Virus record (IMG/VR): IMGVR_UViG_2061766007_000275
Length of the DNA: 64,000 nucleotides
From: an uncultured virus (IMG/VR IMGVR_UViG_2061766007_000275)
Taxonomy: Duplodnaviria; Heunggongvirae; Uroviricota; Caudoviricetes
Strand: one strand, 5' to 3'
Both the position numbers and the translations under genes were made by a program. Numbering within the stretch: position 1 is the first letter of the stretch; every line of letters starts with the position of its first letter. This document shows, one piece after another, positions 1-9,496 of this stretch. A model generated the notes under the pieces. It searched no databases. It saw only the letters and a list, made by a program, of their open reading frames with translations, and was not told where the DNA came from.

Positions 1-1
1 C

Positions 2-121
2 TGGGCAAACAAGAATGAAGTTAAGTACGAGGAAGTCGAGGACGGCTATCTGGTCACTGTTCCGGCAAACCTTTCAGACGAGGACTTTGAAAAGGTCATT
101 AACATGGTACTGGGCGAGTAA
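2..121 (+). CDS. 3' end of a hypothetical protein (partial)
   Basis: Open frame WANKNEVKYEEVEDGYLVTVPANLSDEDFEKVINMVLGE*, followed by a terminator hairpin. Confidence 0.7.
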   Translation, partial: WANKNEVKYEEVEDGYLVTVPANLSDEDFEKVINMVLGE

Positions 122-310
122 TCGCCCAGTTTTTTACTTTTGGCTCCACGCGCGCGCCCGCCGCGTGGAGTTTTCAGAATAGTGTGAATTGTCAGACAAT
201 TTTACAATGATCTTGGAGTTGTCAGACAATAGACTTGAAATTCCTAAAAAGTTCAACTATAATTATGCTATTTTGTGCTTGACATTTCCGTCAATCCATG
301 ATATAATGTA
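111..310 (+). repeat. Intergenic module copy 1 (terminator, 27-nt hairpin 144-170, TCWGACAAT repeats, promoter)
   Basis: CTCCACGCG/CGCGTGGAG stem; TTGTCAGACAAT twice; TTGACA...TGATATAAT. Confidence 0.9.
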
Positions 311-359
311 TTCACAAGGTAAGGGAAAGAACCTTACAAGAGAGAGAGAGGTAGACAGT

Positions 360-668
360 ATGATAAACATTAGGTCACTTAAAAAGCTTGGTAACAATGA
401 CGGATTGACATTAAAGAAGGGTAGCAAAGTTTATTATAAGACTGGCTATCAGGTAGCAACAGAAGGTATAGAAACTACCGACATAAAGGTTGCTATGAAG
501 TCAATCAAGGCATACAATGGTGATTGTGGTATCTGGTTTGCAGATGGTGTTTGGTACATAGACAAGAGCCACAGAGTAAACACCAAAAAAGAAGCCCTTG
601 CGGTAGGTAGGGCTTGCAATCAGATTTCAGTTCTGAAGTGGTCGGATATGAGCTTGGTGTACTGTTAA
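360..668 (+). CDS. hypothetical protein
   Basis: ATG at 360 after GAGAGG SD and a promoter; the track start at 189 runs through the repeat module. Confidence 0.8.
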   Translation: MINIRSLKKLGNNDGLTLKKGSKVYYKTGYQVATEGIETTDIKVAMKSIKAYNGDCGIWFADGVWYIDKSHRVNTKKEALAVGRACNQISVLKWSDMSLVYC

Positions 669-695
669 TCAGTACACCAAAGAAAGGGGTAATAT

Positions 696-845
696 ATGTA
701 TAATGTGCAAATGTTTTATGACAAAGAGCGTGGAGCATGGGAATTGGTTGTTGATGGAGAATGATACTTCGAGGGCAACTATGAATAAGTAGAAAAAATG
801 GCTGAAAGTTTTTGGTTTAGTGATGAGGAGTGGGATAGCATATGA
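696..845 (+). pseudogene. small acidic protein with two in-frame stops
   Basis: MYNVQMFYDKERGAWELVVDGE*YFEGNYE*VEKMAESFWFSDEEWDSI*; SD upstream; ATGA overlap with next gene. Confidence 0.6.
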
Positions 846-1105
846 AGAAGAAAATAATCGGTTTAATTTTAACAGCAATTTTTACAATAATCTTACTTGC
901 GGGATGCGGTAACAAACAATATTTTGATTTTAACTATACTTTTAATTATGCTTACATCGAATTGCCAAATGGTGATGTAGTAGACGGCTTGGTTGAAAGT
1001 TGGAAAGACTACGAAGGCGAACAGTTGCAAATCAAGATTGATGGTATTGTGTACCTCACAAACTCTTTTAACTGTGTGTTAATTTACAATCCAGAATTTG
1101 ACTAA
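842..1105 (+). CDS. phage lipoprotein (paralog of 18527-18814)
   Basis: Signal peptide with lipobox LAGC; shared FDFxYxFNYAY...WxDYEGEQLQ motif. Confidence 0.8.
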   Translation: MKKKIIGLILTAIFTIILLAGCGNKQYFDFNYTFNYAYIELPNGDVVDGLVESWKDYEGEQLQIKIDGIVYLTNSFNCVLIYNPEFD

Positions 1106-1280
1106 AAGTGCGGAAACGCACTTTTTTGTTTTTGGCTCAGCGCGGCCGGGCGTTGCGCTGAGTTTTTGGCATTATGGATATTGTCTGACAATTTCAACAT
1201 GGATCACGAGTTGTCTGACAATTAGGTTAAAATTCCTAAAAAGTTAGACTTGACTTTTCAGTTATTCTGTGTTATACTTT
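1105..1280 (+). repeat. Intergenic module copy 2 (27-nt hairpin 1136-1162)
   Basis: Terminator AAAGTGCG/CGCACTTT; CTCAGCGC/GCGCTGAG; TTGTCTGACAAT twice; TTGACT...TATACT. Confidence 0.9.
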
Positions 1281-1310
1281 AGTTACAGTAAAGGAAGAGA
1301 GGTGAACAAC

Positions 1311-1460
1311 ATGAAGAAGGGCATGGGTTTTGCAAGCAAGGAATGCGGTGTTTATCGTGGTTGGCAATGGTGGGTAACTAATAAGGAAGGTCGCAGAATA
1401 AGCCACAAAATAATTCGTCAAAAAATGAAAATAAAGCTTGACAAAATTGAAAATCTATGA
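1311..1460 (+). CDS. small basic hypothetical protein
   Basis: ATG after GAGAGG SD. Confidence 0.6.
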   Translation: MKKGMGFASKECGVYRGWQWWVTNKEGRRISHKIIRQKMKIKLDKIENL

Positions 1461-1498
1461 TATAATATATTTACAATAAAGAAAGAGAGGAAAACAAT

Positions 1499-1636
1499 AT
1501 GAAGCTTTCAACACTCATTGACTACTATCAGTCAAAACAGAAGGACACAAAGTCCAAGAACACTACTGGCATTATCCTTGATGTTTGCTATGCAAACAAG
1601 GATAAAAACACAAACACAAGAAAGAGAGGTAAATAA
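1499..1636 (+). CDS. small hypothetical protein (not in ORF track)
   Basis: Promoter at ~1438-1466, GAGAGG SD, 45-codon ORF. Confidence 0.55.
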   Translation: MKLSTLIDYYQSKQKDTKSKNTTGIILDVCYANKDKNTNTRKRGK

Positions 1637-1637
1637 T

Positions 1638-1847
1638 ATGGGTATGACAGCATTATGTTACACAATAGGTAGCAAAGGAACTACAAGCTATTCAGAAGCT
1701 TTAAGGTTGAGTGAGGAACTTCATCAGCCAATCGTAAGACACTATGTACCAGTTCCCGAACAAAGAGAACTGACCGCAGAAGATAAGCGGTTGAGAGATT
1801 TAAGATGTGCCAAGAGGTATGCAAACAAGACTACTAACAAGGTTTGA
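1638..1847 (+). CDS. hypothetical protein
   Basis: SD GAGAGG before ATG 1638. Confidence 0.7.
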   Translation: MGMTALCYTIGSKGTTSYSEALRLSEELHQPIVRHYVPVPEQRELTAEDKRLRDLRCAKRYANKTTNKV

Positions 1848-1862
1848 TAAACCTCTCTTCTT

Positions 1863-2065
1863 GAGAATGGCGGAAACGCCATTCTCTTTTTTGCTTTTGG
1901 CTCGGCGGGCGCAGCCGGTTCGCCGAGTTTTCAGACAATTCAGACAACTCCGACAATTTCAAAGTCCACTTGGAATTGTCAGACAATTCAGCTAAAATTC
2001 CCAAATAGTCGCAACAGAATTGACCTAAAAAGTGCTTGACATTCTCATTATTTGGGTGTATAATA
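1863..2065 (+). repeat. Intergenic module copy 3 (27-nt hairpin 1901-1927)
   Basis: CTCGGCG/CGCCGAG; TCAGACAAT repeats; AATTGTCAGACAATT palindrome; promoter. Confidence 0.9.
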
Positions 2066-2097
2066 AAGACACAAAGAGAGAAAGAGAGGTACACGGT

Positions 2098-2565
2098 ATG
2101 ATTAAGTATTTAGTGTTTGACATGGATGGCACGATAGCCGACCTGTACGGTGTCAAGAATTGGTTACCAATGCTACGTCAAGAGAATGTAAAGCCTTATG
2201 AGATAGCAAAACCGCTATATGATATGGACACCTTAAATGCCTTGCTTACAGAATTAAAGGTTTTCGGCTATCGAGTAGTAGTAACCACTTGGTTAGCAAA
2301 AGACAGTTCAAAAGCATATAGCAGAGAAGTTGAAAAAGCTAAAAAAGAATGGTTGAACAAATGGGGTTTTCCATATGATAGATTTTATGGTGTTCCATAT
2401 GGTACACCTAAACAAGAAGTAACAAGAGGAAAAGCAGAATATCAAATACTTTTTGATGATAATGATGATGTTCGAGCAAGCTGGGATTTAGGTTATGCGG
2501 TAGACGCTAAAGAAAATATCTTAAAAGTTTTAGCAGACTTGCTGATAGATTTAATAGAGAAATGA
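2098..2565 (+). CDS. HAD-superfamily phosphatase/nucleotidase
   Basis: Motif I VFDMDGTIAD and motif IV LFDD. Confidence 0.85.
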   Translation: MIKYLVFDMDGTIADLYGVKNWLPMLRQENVKPYEIAKPLYDMDTLNALLTELKVFGYRVVVTTWLAKDSSKAYSREVEKAKKEWLNKWGFPYDRFYGVPYGTPKQEVTRGKAEYQILFDDNDDVRASWDLGYAVDAKENILKVLADLLIDLIEK

Positions 2566-2575
2566 GGTGGATTAT

Positions 2576-2821
2576 ATGAAGAAAGAAACAATCATTAACC
2601 AGTTAGAAGAATACTTAACAGACGAGGTATTCTTAATGGCTTGTAGCTTATCGGTAAAGGGTAAAAAGGTAGCTGATGATAAGTTAGCAGAGAAAGCAAT
2701 AGACCGAATGAATGGAGCAGTTCTCTTTGCTAAAAAGTTAGGCATACCGTATGAGGAAATAGATAGCTTACTTACTCATAACAGATTACAGATTTACAAA
2801 ATGACAAAGCCTACCCCTTAA
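2576..2821 (+). CDS. hypothetical protein
   Basis: ORF with GAGGTG SD. Confidence 0.7.
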   Translation: MKKETIINQLEEYLTDEVFLMACSLSVKGKKVADDKLAEKAIDRMNGAVLFAKKLGIPYEEIDSLLTHNRLQIYKMTKPTP

Positions 2822-2857
2822 AGGGGTAGGGATACCAAAAGAAAAGGAGATAAAATT

Positions 2858-3346
2858 ATGAAAAATAAAGTAGATAAAAAGCCTTTAATAATTGACGCAA
2901 TGGATTGCTTCAAATATGTTCTTGAGCATATAGACAATGATATCTGGGATTTAATAGTAGACAATGTATCTGCATATTTTGATGAAGTATTCAAAGACGA
3001 ATTACCAATTACTGATGATGAGCAAGATATCTTACAAGAACAGTTAGTAGATTATTGCTTTGACAAGATTTATAGTCTTAAAGAAGAAAAAAATGAGGAC
3101 GAAAATGTCTATACACTCACTAATGAGGACGGACAGGAACTCAAAATCAAGATTGACGAAGTACTCGATTACCTTACAGAAAAATTGTATGGTTGGAGAA
3201 ACTATGATTGGACAGATGTAAATAGAGCCGTTGAGATGTACCTTTATGAGCGTCCAAAAATGACCGCAGAGAACTTTACCTATTTAGTTAAATCAGGTCA
3301 AGTTGCGAAACTGACAGATAGGTTTTACACCATCTGTGATAAATAG
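2858..3346 (+). CDS. acidic hypothetical protein
   Basis: 162-aa ORF, AAGGAG SD. Confidence 0.75.
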   Translation: MKNKVDKKPLIIDAMDCFKYVLEHIDNDIWDLIVDNVSAYFDEVFKDELPITDDEQDILQEQLVDYCFDKIYSLKEEKNEDENVYTLTNEDGQELKIKIDEVLDYLTEKLYGWRNYDWTDVNRAVEMYLYERPKMTAENFTYLVKSGQVAKLTDRFYTICDK

Positions 3347-3356
3347 CCACTCAAAG

Positions 3357-3530
3357 CGAGCCGAGAGGTAAAAACCTTTTGGCTCGTGGCGTGCGGGCGC
3401 CGCCACGAGTTATCAGACAATTCAGACTAGTTCAGCAATTCCGCACTCAACTTGGAATTGTCTGACAATTTGATCAAAAATCCCGAAAAGTTAGACTTGA
3501 CAATTCAGCTATTGTGTGATATACTATGTT
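3357..3530 (+). repeat. Intergenic module copy 4 (27-nt hairpin 3383-3409)
   Basis: CTCGTGGCG/CGCCACGAG; AATTGTCTGACAATT; promoter. Confidence 0.9.
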
Positions 3531-3560
3531 TACAAGGTAAGGAAAGAGAGGTAAACGCCA

Positions 3561-3791
3561 ATGGACAAATATAAAATATTCGAAAGATTGCAATATCTCG
3601 TATTTGTTCTGTTGATTGCAGGACAGATAACAATAGGCAAGAATTATTTATTCGGACAGTTCCTTTATTTATGCGCTAACTTTATTTCGGTATCAAGATG
3701 CTTTGTATTACAAAGACCGAAAGCAGACAAGGTAAAAGATATTGGCTGTTCATGTATAACAATCGGTTGCCTAGCAAGTACATTTATTTAA
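3561..3791 (+). CDS. small membrane protein
   Basis: Three hydrophobic segments; SD. Confidence 0.7.
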   Translation: MDKYKIFERLQYLVFVLLIAGQITIGKNYLFGQFLYLCANFISVSRCFVLQRPKADKVKDIGCSCITIGCLASTFI

Positions 3792-3804
3792 GGGGGTAGA
3801 AAAT

Positions 3805-4095
3805 ATGTTAACACTTGATTTAGTTCCTATAAATGGTATTGCTATATATAGCAATATTGAAACCAAAGAAACTTATATAGAATTGTGGGGAGCAAGCACA
3901 AAACATCCCGATGTAAGTTATTGCTTCTCTAAATATCAAGAGAAATATAATCATTGTAGCTGGTTAGAAAATGTTTCTTTAATATATCAATGGATATTAG
4001 AATGTGCAAGCTTATTATCTATACCATATCATAGTTATGAATTGGCTAGTTTAGCCAATGAAATATATGCAACTTACAGGGGGTGGATAAAATGA
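3805..4095 (+). CDS. hypothetical protein
   Basis: ORF with GGGGT SD. Confidence 0.65.
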   Translation: MLTLDLVPINGIAIYSNIETKETYIELWGASTKHPDVSYCFSKYQEKYNHCSWLENVSLIYQWILECASLLSIPYHSYELASLANEIYATYRGWIK

Positions 4096-4265
4096 ATATT
4101 AGATATTATTCTTATTGTAGTGGCGGTATCTGTACCGCCACTGTACCAGAAGATTTAGAACAAGAGTTGTTAGAAAAATGGAATAACAACCAAAAGAAAC
4201 TAAAGAAAATGGGTATTAAAAGTTTTGAAGAATATGTTATCACAGTTTACAGTATGAATTATTAA
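4092..4265 (+). CDS. hypothetical protein
   Basis: Short ORF in operon with SD. Confidence 0.6.
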   Translation: MNIRYYSYCSGGICTATVPEDLEQELLEKWNNNQKKLKKMGIKSFEEYVITVYSMNY

Positions 4266-4277
4266 GGGGGTAGAAAA

Positions 4278-4457
4278 ATGGCAAGAACAAAAGGTAGATT
4301 AACAGAAAAAGGCGCTATGGAAATCATGGACAAAATAGCTTTACTTATTTATTGTAGTGGTTCGGTTGAAGATGAGGACTTAACTAAAGAGACACGAAGA
4401 ATTTTTCTTCAACTATGTGATTACTATGGAATAACAGAAATAGAAGAAAACAACTAA
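4278..4457 (+). CDS. hypothetical protein (not in track)
   Basis: MARTKGRLTEKGAME... after GGGGGT SD. Confidence 0.6.
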   Translation: MARTKGRLTEKGAMEIMDKIALLIYCSGSVEDEDLTKETRRIFLQLCDYYGITEIEENN

Positions 4458-4473
4458 AAACTTTCTCTCTCTT

Positions 4474-4670
4474 GGGGTTCTCGTGCGCGGGAACCCCCTT
4501 TTTGACTGCTCGCAACGGGCCGCCGCGAGCAGATTTTTAGAATATTCAGACAATTCAGACATTTTCAAGATCCGCTTGGAATTATCAGACAACTTAACTA
4601 AAAATCCCGAAAAGTCTAACACAAAGAATGTAAAAAACGCTTGACTTTCCCATCTTTTGGGTGTATAATT
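4474..4670 (+). repeat. Intergenic module copy 5 (27-nt hairpin 4506-4532)
   Basis: CTGCTCGC/GCGAGCAG; TTCAGAC repeats; promoter. Confidence 0.9.
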
Positions 4671-4984
4671 AGCTTGTAAGGATGAGAGAGATAGTCCTTG
4701 AGAGGTCAAGCAAAAAAAACTTAAAAAAAGTTAAAAAAGTGCTTGACAAACTCAAAAAGATGTGATATAATAAGGATGTAAGGAAAAGAGATAAGCGACT
4801 AAAGAGGTCTGCAAAACTTCCTCTGAAATGAAACCCTTGCAAGGTCATGAAGATACAAAAAGCAGATTAGTCAATGAACCAACCTTACAAAAACATTTTT
4901 CTCAAAGTAACAAACCGCACATTGACAACTTAATAGGGTATCAACCCACAAACAAAAAACAAAAATCAGAAAGAGGTGTATATT

Positions 4985-5380
4985 ATGAAGAACACTATTA
5001 CTAAGTCTACTATTTATACTACTATTAAGTCTTATGTTTCAGAGCACAGTGCCGATTTCTCCGAGGAGATGTATGAAGCTATCATCGACCGCATGGGCAA
5101 GGATATCGAGCTTGCTTCCAAGAAGTCCTCTGGCACTAGCAAGGCACAGCAGGAGAAGGATGCTTTCAACAAGGATATTCAGACTGCTATCCTTAACACT
5201 CTTGCAGACAAGGGAACTATGATTTATGCCGACCTTATCAAGGCGGTACAGGGTACTTTCTCTGACGTAGAACTCTCACCGCAGAAGATTACTGCAAACG
5301 TAACCAAGCTTAAGGGCGAGGTTGAGAAGTTCGAGGACGGCAAGGGCAAGTCCAAGAAGCTTTACATCAAGCTTGCGTGA
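4985..5380 (+). CDS. putative winged-helix DNA-binding protein (paralog of 7195-7584)
   Basis: ILNTL...YADLIKAV...SPQKITANVTKL...LYIKLA pattern; strongly biased codons. Confidence 0.6.
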   Translation: MKNTITKSTIYTTIKSYVSEHSADFSEEMYEAIIDRMGKDIELASKKSSGTSKAQQEKDAFNKDIQTAILNTLADKGTMIYADLIKAVQGTFSDVELSPQKITANVTKLKGEVEKFEDGKGKSKKLYIKLA

Positions 5381-5404
5381 GAACCGCTCACGCTTCACCT
5401 TTAC

Positions 5405-5605
5405 AGAGGGGCTAAATGCCCCTCTTTTTTGTTGCTTTTGGCTCGTTGCAGCCGGCCGCTGCAACGAGTTTTCAGACTATTCAAAATATTCAGACAATTT
5501 TGCCGCCAAAATCTAATTGTCAGACAATTTAACCGCAATCCCGCAATAGTTCTACAATAAAAACGCAAATTGTTCTTGACTTTCACAAATAGATGTGATA
5601 TAATT
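5405..5605 (+). repeat. Intergenic module copy 6 (27-nt hairpin 5442-5468)
   Basis: CTCGTTGCAGC/GCTGCAACGAG; AATTGTCAGACAATT. Confidence 0.9.
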
Positions 5606-5730
5606 CAATTACAAGGTGAGGAAAGCAAATGGCAAACAAAAAAAGTAGTAAAAAAAAATAAAAAAAATGCTTGACAAGCCGAAAAAAATGTGATATAATT
5701 AAATCACAAAAGAAAGAGAGAGGTGGTTAG

Positions 5731-6240
5731 ATGAAACAAAAGCTAAAAGGTGTTCATGCACTAGAGCGAATATTTACTGATATGTTTGCAGAGTTCGGTA
5801 TTCGCAAGGTTAGCATGGGCAAGGATTATGCTTATTGGTATAATCTTGAAGAAATCACATTTTGTCCTTATGAGAAAATAGAGGATAAGTGGTTTAATGA
5901 ATTTGTAACTAATAGGTTCCCCGATATAACGCTAGGCAGTTCTTTAATTATAGGGTTCTTGCATGAAGTCGGTCATCACGAAACAATGGACGATATATCA
6001 GAAGTAGTACAATCTATGTGTGATGAAGAAAAAGAGCGCATAGAAACAGAGATAGAGAACTCCAAGAGTGAAGAAAGAATAAAGGAACTTGAATGGGAAT
6101 ACTTCAATCTGCCAGACGAGATAATGGCTACATATTGGGCGGTTGAGTATATCCGCCAAAACCTAGAGCAAGTAAACCGCATGAATAACCTTGCGGAACT
6201 CGCTATCAAAAAGTTTTACGCTATCAACAATATAAATTGA
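5731..6240 (+). CDS. putative zinc metallopeptidase-like protein
   Basis: HEXXH motif FLHEVGH with a downstream E..A. Confidence 0.6.
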   Translation: MKQKLKGVHALERIFTDMFAEFGIRKVSMGKDYAYWYNLEEITFCPYEKIEDKWFNEFVTNRFPDITLGSSLIIGFLHEVGHHETMDDISEVVQSMCDEEKERIETEIENSKSEERIKELEWEYFNLPDEIMATYWAVEYIRQNLEQVNRMNNLAELAIKKFYAINNIN

Positions 6241-6292
6241 GGTTGGGGCGAAAGCCCCTAACCTCTCTCAAATAAGAAGGGAGAATATAAAA

Positions 6293-6529
6293 ATGGCAAC
6301 AGTACAATCAAAAACAACAGTAACACTTACAAAAGAAGATTTAGCAGATTTAGGAACAGCTCTTGATGTTCTTGAAAAAATAAGTGACGGACTAGACACT
6401 TACGGAAGAGATTGGACTTCTCTTGATGTTCTTTGGAATGGTATTCAAAACCCAAATGTGGGAGAAGATTTAGGTAATGCTTTTGAAAGTTTATCATGTG
6501 TACTTACTTTTTTTAAGGGGGTGAAATAA
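6293..6529 (+). CDS. hypothetical protein
   Basis: SD; resembles 6533 and 9251 ORFs. Confidence 0.7.
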   Translation: MATVQSKTTVTLTKEDLADLGTALDVLEKISDGLDTYGRDWTSLDVLWNGIQNPNVGEDLGNAFESLSCVLTFFKGVK

Positions 6530-6532
6530 ATT

Positions 6533-6772
6533 ATGGCAGGCATTGAAGTTATAAAACAGGTTGTAGTTACTCTTTCAGAACAAGAGTTAAATAAGCTAAT
6601 TGAAGCTAGGCAAGTATTAAAGGACATTGATGATCGTCTTAATGACATGAATTTAGAACTTGACAGTGAAGATGTAGTTTTTGCAGATTATGACAATGAC
6701 TATCCAGCCGGGGATAAGCTTTGGGATATTTATTCTTTGCTTGATGAAGTAATTTGTTGTTACCAAGCATGA
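6533..6772 (+). CDS. hypothetical protein
   Basis: SD; resembles 6293 and 9251 ORFs. Confidence 0.7.
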   Translation: MAGIEVIKQVVVTLSEQELNKLIEARQVLKDIDDRLNDMNLELDSEDVVFADYDNDYPAGDKLWDIYSLLDEVICCYQA

Positions 6773-6779
6773 GTGCGGA

Positions 6780-6960
6780 AGGTCGCTCTTCGGAGCGACC
6801 TCTCTTTTTTTTGGCTCAGCGTGCGGGGTCGGCACGCTGAGTTTTCTGAATATTCTGAATTGTCTGACAATTTTGCTTCCGCTTGCGAATTGTCTGACAA
6901 TAAAATCAAAAATCCTAAAAAGTCTAACTTGACAAATTGAAAAAATTTTGATATAATGTA
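6780..6960 (+). repeat. Intergenic module copy 7 (27-nt hairpin 6815-6841)
   Basis: CTCAGCGTGC/GCACGCTGAG; AATTGTCTGACAAT twice; TTGACA-17-TATAAT. Confidence 0.9.
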
Positions 6961-7137
6961 TTTACAAGATAAGAGAACGGCACAAACAAAGAAATAAAAA
7001 AAATAAAAAAAGTGCTTGACAAATCTTAAAAAGTATGATATAATAAATACACAAGATGAGGAAAGCACAAAGCACTGAAAAAAATAAATAAAAAAAATAA
7101 AAAAGTGCTTGACAAATTAAAAAAAATGTGTTATAAT
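6929..7137 (+). promoter_or_regulatory. three tandem sigma-A promoters
   Basis: TTGACA-N17-TATAAT with TG extension at 6929, 7016 and 7109; upstream A-tracts. Confidence 0.9.
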
Positions 7138-7194
7138 TATCTTGTAAGAAACAAAGAAAACAAAATAAAAAAATCAAAGAAAGAGGTGCTTGAA

Positions 7195-7584
7195 ATGAGC
7201 GAGAAGAAAATCACAAAGAAAGAAGTTTATGGAGTAGTAGTTGATGTGTTTAATGGCAAGGTATCAGTTGACGAAGTATCGGCTGATATGGTATCAGCAA
7301 TCCTTGACCGCATGAGCAAGGATATTGAACTTGCAAGCAAGTCTGGTGTTAAAAAGGAAACTGATAATGACCGTCTGAATAAGGATATTCAGAACACTAT
7401 TCTTTCTACTCTTGAGGGGCAGGGTACAATGGTATATGCTGACCTTGTAAAAGAGGTACAGGCAGTATACGAGGGTGTTTCTGCACAGAAAGTTACAGCC
7501 AATGTAACAAAAATTAAAGACCTTGTCGAGAAGTTTGAGGACGGAAAAGGCAAGGCAAAGAAGCTCTATATCAAGTTGGCGTGA
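7195..7584 (+). CDS. putative winged-helix DNA-binding protein (paralog of 4985-5380)
   Basis: Near-identical C-terminus EKFEDGKGKAKKLYIKLA. Confidence 0.6.
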   Translation: MSEKKITKKEVYGVVVDVFNGKVSVDEVSADMVSAILDRMSKDIELASKSGVKKETDNDRLNKDIQNTILSTLEGQGTMVYADLVKEVQAVYEGVSAQKVTANVTKIKDLVEKFEDGKGKAKKLYIKLA

Positions 7585-7599
7585 GCCAACTTGACTTCC

Positions 7600-7658
7600 G
7601 GGGCGTGGATTGGTCGGAGCCAAACAGAGACAAATGGGTTCAACTCCCATACGCTCCA
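7600..7658 (+). ncRNA. tRNA-Ala/tmRNA-like mini RNA 1
   Basis: Acceptor GGGGCGT/ACGCTCC-A (G3:U70), T arm ATGGG-TTCAACT-CCCAT, no D or anticodon arm. Confidence 0.6.
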
Positions 7659-7751
7659 TAGAGGTTTCTTCAATGGTGGTAATTCTTTCCTAGCATAAAA
7701 TAAGAATATTCATTGATAACTCGATAACTATGAATACCACCAAATTTTTAA

Positions 7752-7860
7752 GGGGCGTAAATGTCACATCAGGGCAGTGACCAAAGTAAACCGAAAGGTG
7801 ATTATGAAATAGGCATTTTACAAAAGTTGGCTTATTGGGGTTCAATTCCCCTACGCTCCA
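7752..7860 (+). ncRNA. tRNA-Ala/tmRNA-like RNA 2
   Basis: Same acceptor GGGGCGT/ACGCTCC-A, T arm GGGG-TTCAATT-CCCC, three internal hairpins. Confidence 0.6.
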
Positions 7861-8069
7861 GAGGTGACTGGGTTCCACCAATTCAAATGTGCCCAATGTA
7901 CGCGTATGTGACAAATAGGGTTTCTATTCTTCTATTACCCAAAGCAAGAAGAAAGGGGAGAGTATTTTCGTTGTGGTGAAAAACGAGGCTCACTTTGAAC
8001 TCCCCGAGGTTTTCTCGACAGTTTACCTCAAGAAAATCAAAGGTCGGAACCTCTCCGAAACTGTCACAA

Positions 8070-8245
8070 CCCCACAGGTAACTGTGGGGTATTTTTTTAA
8101 CTGGGCGGCGAGGGTCGTGCCGCCCAGCTTGTCGAATTGTCGGAATATTCTGACAATTTCAAAATAGATCAGCAATTTTCAGACTATTTAACCAAAAATC
8201 CCAAAAAGTTAGACTTGACTTTTGGTTACTCTTGTGCTATACTAT
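8070..8245 (+). repeat. Intergenic module copy 8 (27-nt hairpin 8101-8127)
   Basis: CTGGGCGGC/GCCGCCCAG; TCTGACAAT; AAAAATCCCAAAAAGTT; promoter. Confidence 0.9.
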
Positions 8246-8375
8246 ATTTACAAGGTAAGGAGAGAGCAGTAAGCGGTCACCACACAAGAAAAAAAATAAA
8301 AAAAGTGCTTGACAAAACTTTCCACCTATGATATAATAAGTATGTAAGATAAAGAAAGAGAGGTAATCAAAAAAA

Positions 8376-9074
8376 TTGAAGATTGACAGACGGAAACGGT
8401 ATCTAGTAGTCCTAGATACAGAAACTTGCAACACGCCCAAAGATGAGAAAGGGGGTTTAGATGTATCAAGCGGTTTAGTCTATGATATAGGTTGGGCTAT
8501 TATAGACAAATGGGGTACAGTATATCTCACAAGAAGCTTTATTATAAGTGAGATATTCAAAGATGATGTGCTTATGAGTTCTGCTTATTATGCTAAAAAA
8601 ATCCCAAAGTATGAAGAGGATATAAAAGCAGGAACTAGGCAAGTAGTTAACTGGTATCAAGCAATAAATTGCTTGAAAGAAGATATGGCACTGTTCAATA
8701 CAAATATAGTGATAGCACATAATGCGCCTTTTGATTATCGGGTGATGAACAGTACAGAAAGATATCTCACAAAAAGTAAATATCGTTACGCTTTACCTTA
8801 TGGAACAGAAATATGGGATAGCGTGAAGATGGCAACTGATACAATAGGTAAACAGAAAATGTACCGCAAGTTTTGTAAAGAAAATGGTTTTATGACAAAA
8901 CATAAACCGCCTAGAGTAAAAATGACAGCGGAAGTGCTCACAAAATTCTTTAATGATGATGTAGATTATTCGGAAGAGCATACCGCACTCGAAGATGTAC
9001 TAATCGAGAAAGAAATAGTCGCAAGATGTTACAGAACACATAAAGCTATGAGGAAGAAAGCGTGGGGAGATTGA
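8376..9074 (+). CDS. DEDDh 3'-5' exonuclease
   Basis: ExoI VLDTET, ExoII AHNAPFD, ExoIII HTALED. Confidence 0.9.
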   Translation: MKIDRRKRYLVVLDTETCNTPKDEKGGLDVSSGLVYDIGWAIIDKWGTVYLTRSFIISEIFKDDVLMSSAYYAKKIPKYEEDIKAGTRQVVNWYQAINCLKEDMALFNTNIVIAHNAPFDYRVMNSTERYLTKSKYRYALPYGTEIWDSVKMATDTIGKQKMYRKFCKENGFMTKHKPPRVKMTAEVLTKFFNDDVDYSEEHTALEDVLIEKEIVARCYRTHKAMRKKAWGD

Positions 9075-9250
9075 TATCTCCCCAGAAAGGAGCAAAAAAT
9101 GAACGAATATTGGGTAGATTTTAGAGGTAGTCTCCGCATTAAGGCGGAAACCGCACAAGAAGCCGGAGAAAAAGCTAGTTTATTACTAGACAAAAAAGGA
9201 ATAGAGTATACAGAAATTGAATACGTTGATTATATAGGAGAGTGTGAAGA

Positions 9251-9496
9251 ATGAAGAATGTAATTTTATTAGACAAAGAACAGACTTTAGCATTAACAAA
9301 GGCACAAAACATATTAGAAAATATCCTAGACATGGAAGATAAATTATCCAATATCATGGATGAAAATGACACTATTGAGGTTGAAAGCTATGATGGTATG
9401 CCTTATGTTAATGGCAATATCGAGAAGGCTTGGAGAGCCTTGTATAAGTTGAATTTTGAAACTTCAGAGGAATATGAAGATGAGGTGGTTGGATAA
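9251..9496 (+). CDS. hypothetical protein
   Basis: SD AGGAG; resembles 6293/6533. Confidence 0.7.
   Translation: MKNVILLDKEQTLALTKAQNILENILDMEDKLSNIMDENDTIEVESYDGMPYVNGNIEKAWRALYKLNFETSEEYEDEVVG

Noticed and set aside
189..359. N-terminal extensions in the ORF track (also 1269, 1518, 2032, 7105, 26955, 63395)
   Set aside because: They run through promoters or repeats; SD-supported starts lie downstream
7600..7860. Canonical tmRNA
   Set aside because: Two separate acceptor/T-arm units, no conserved GGxxxxGAC 5' motif and no recognisable tag ORF ending in LAA-like residues
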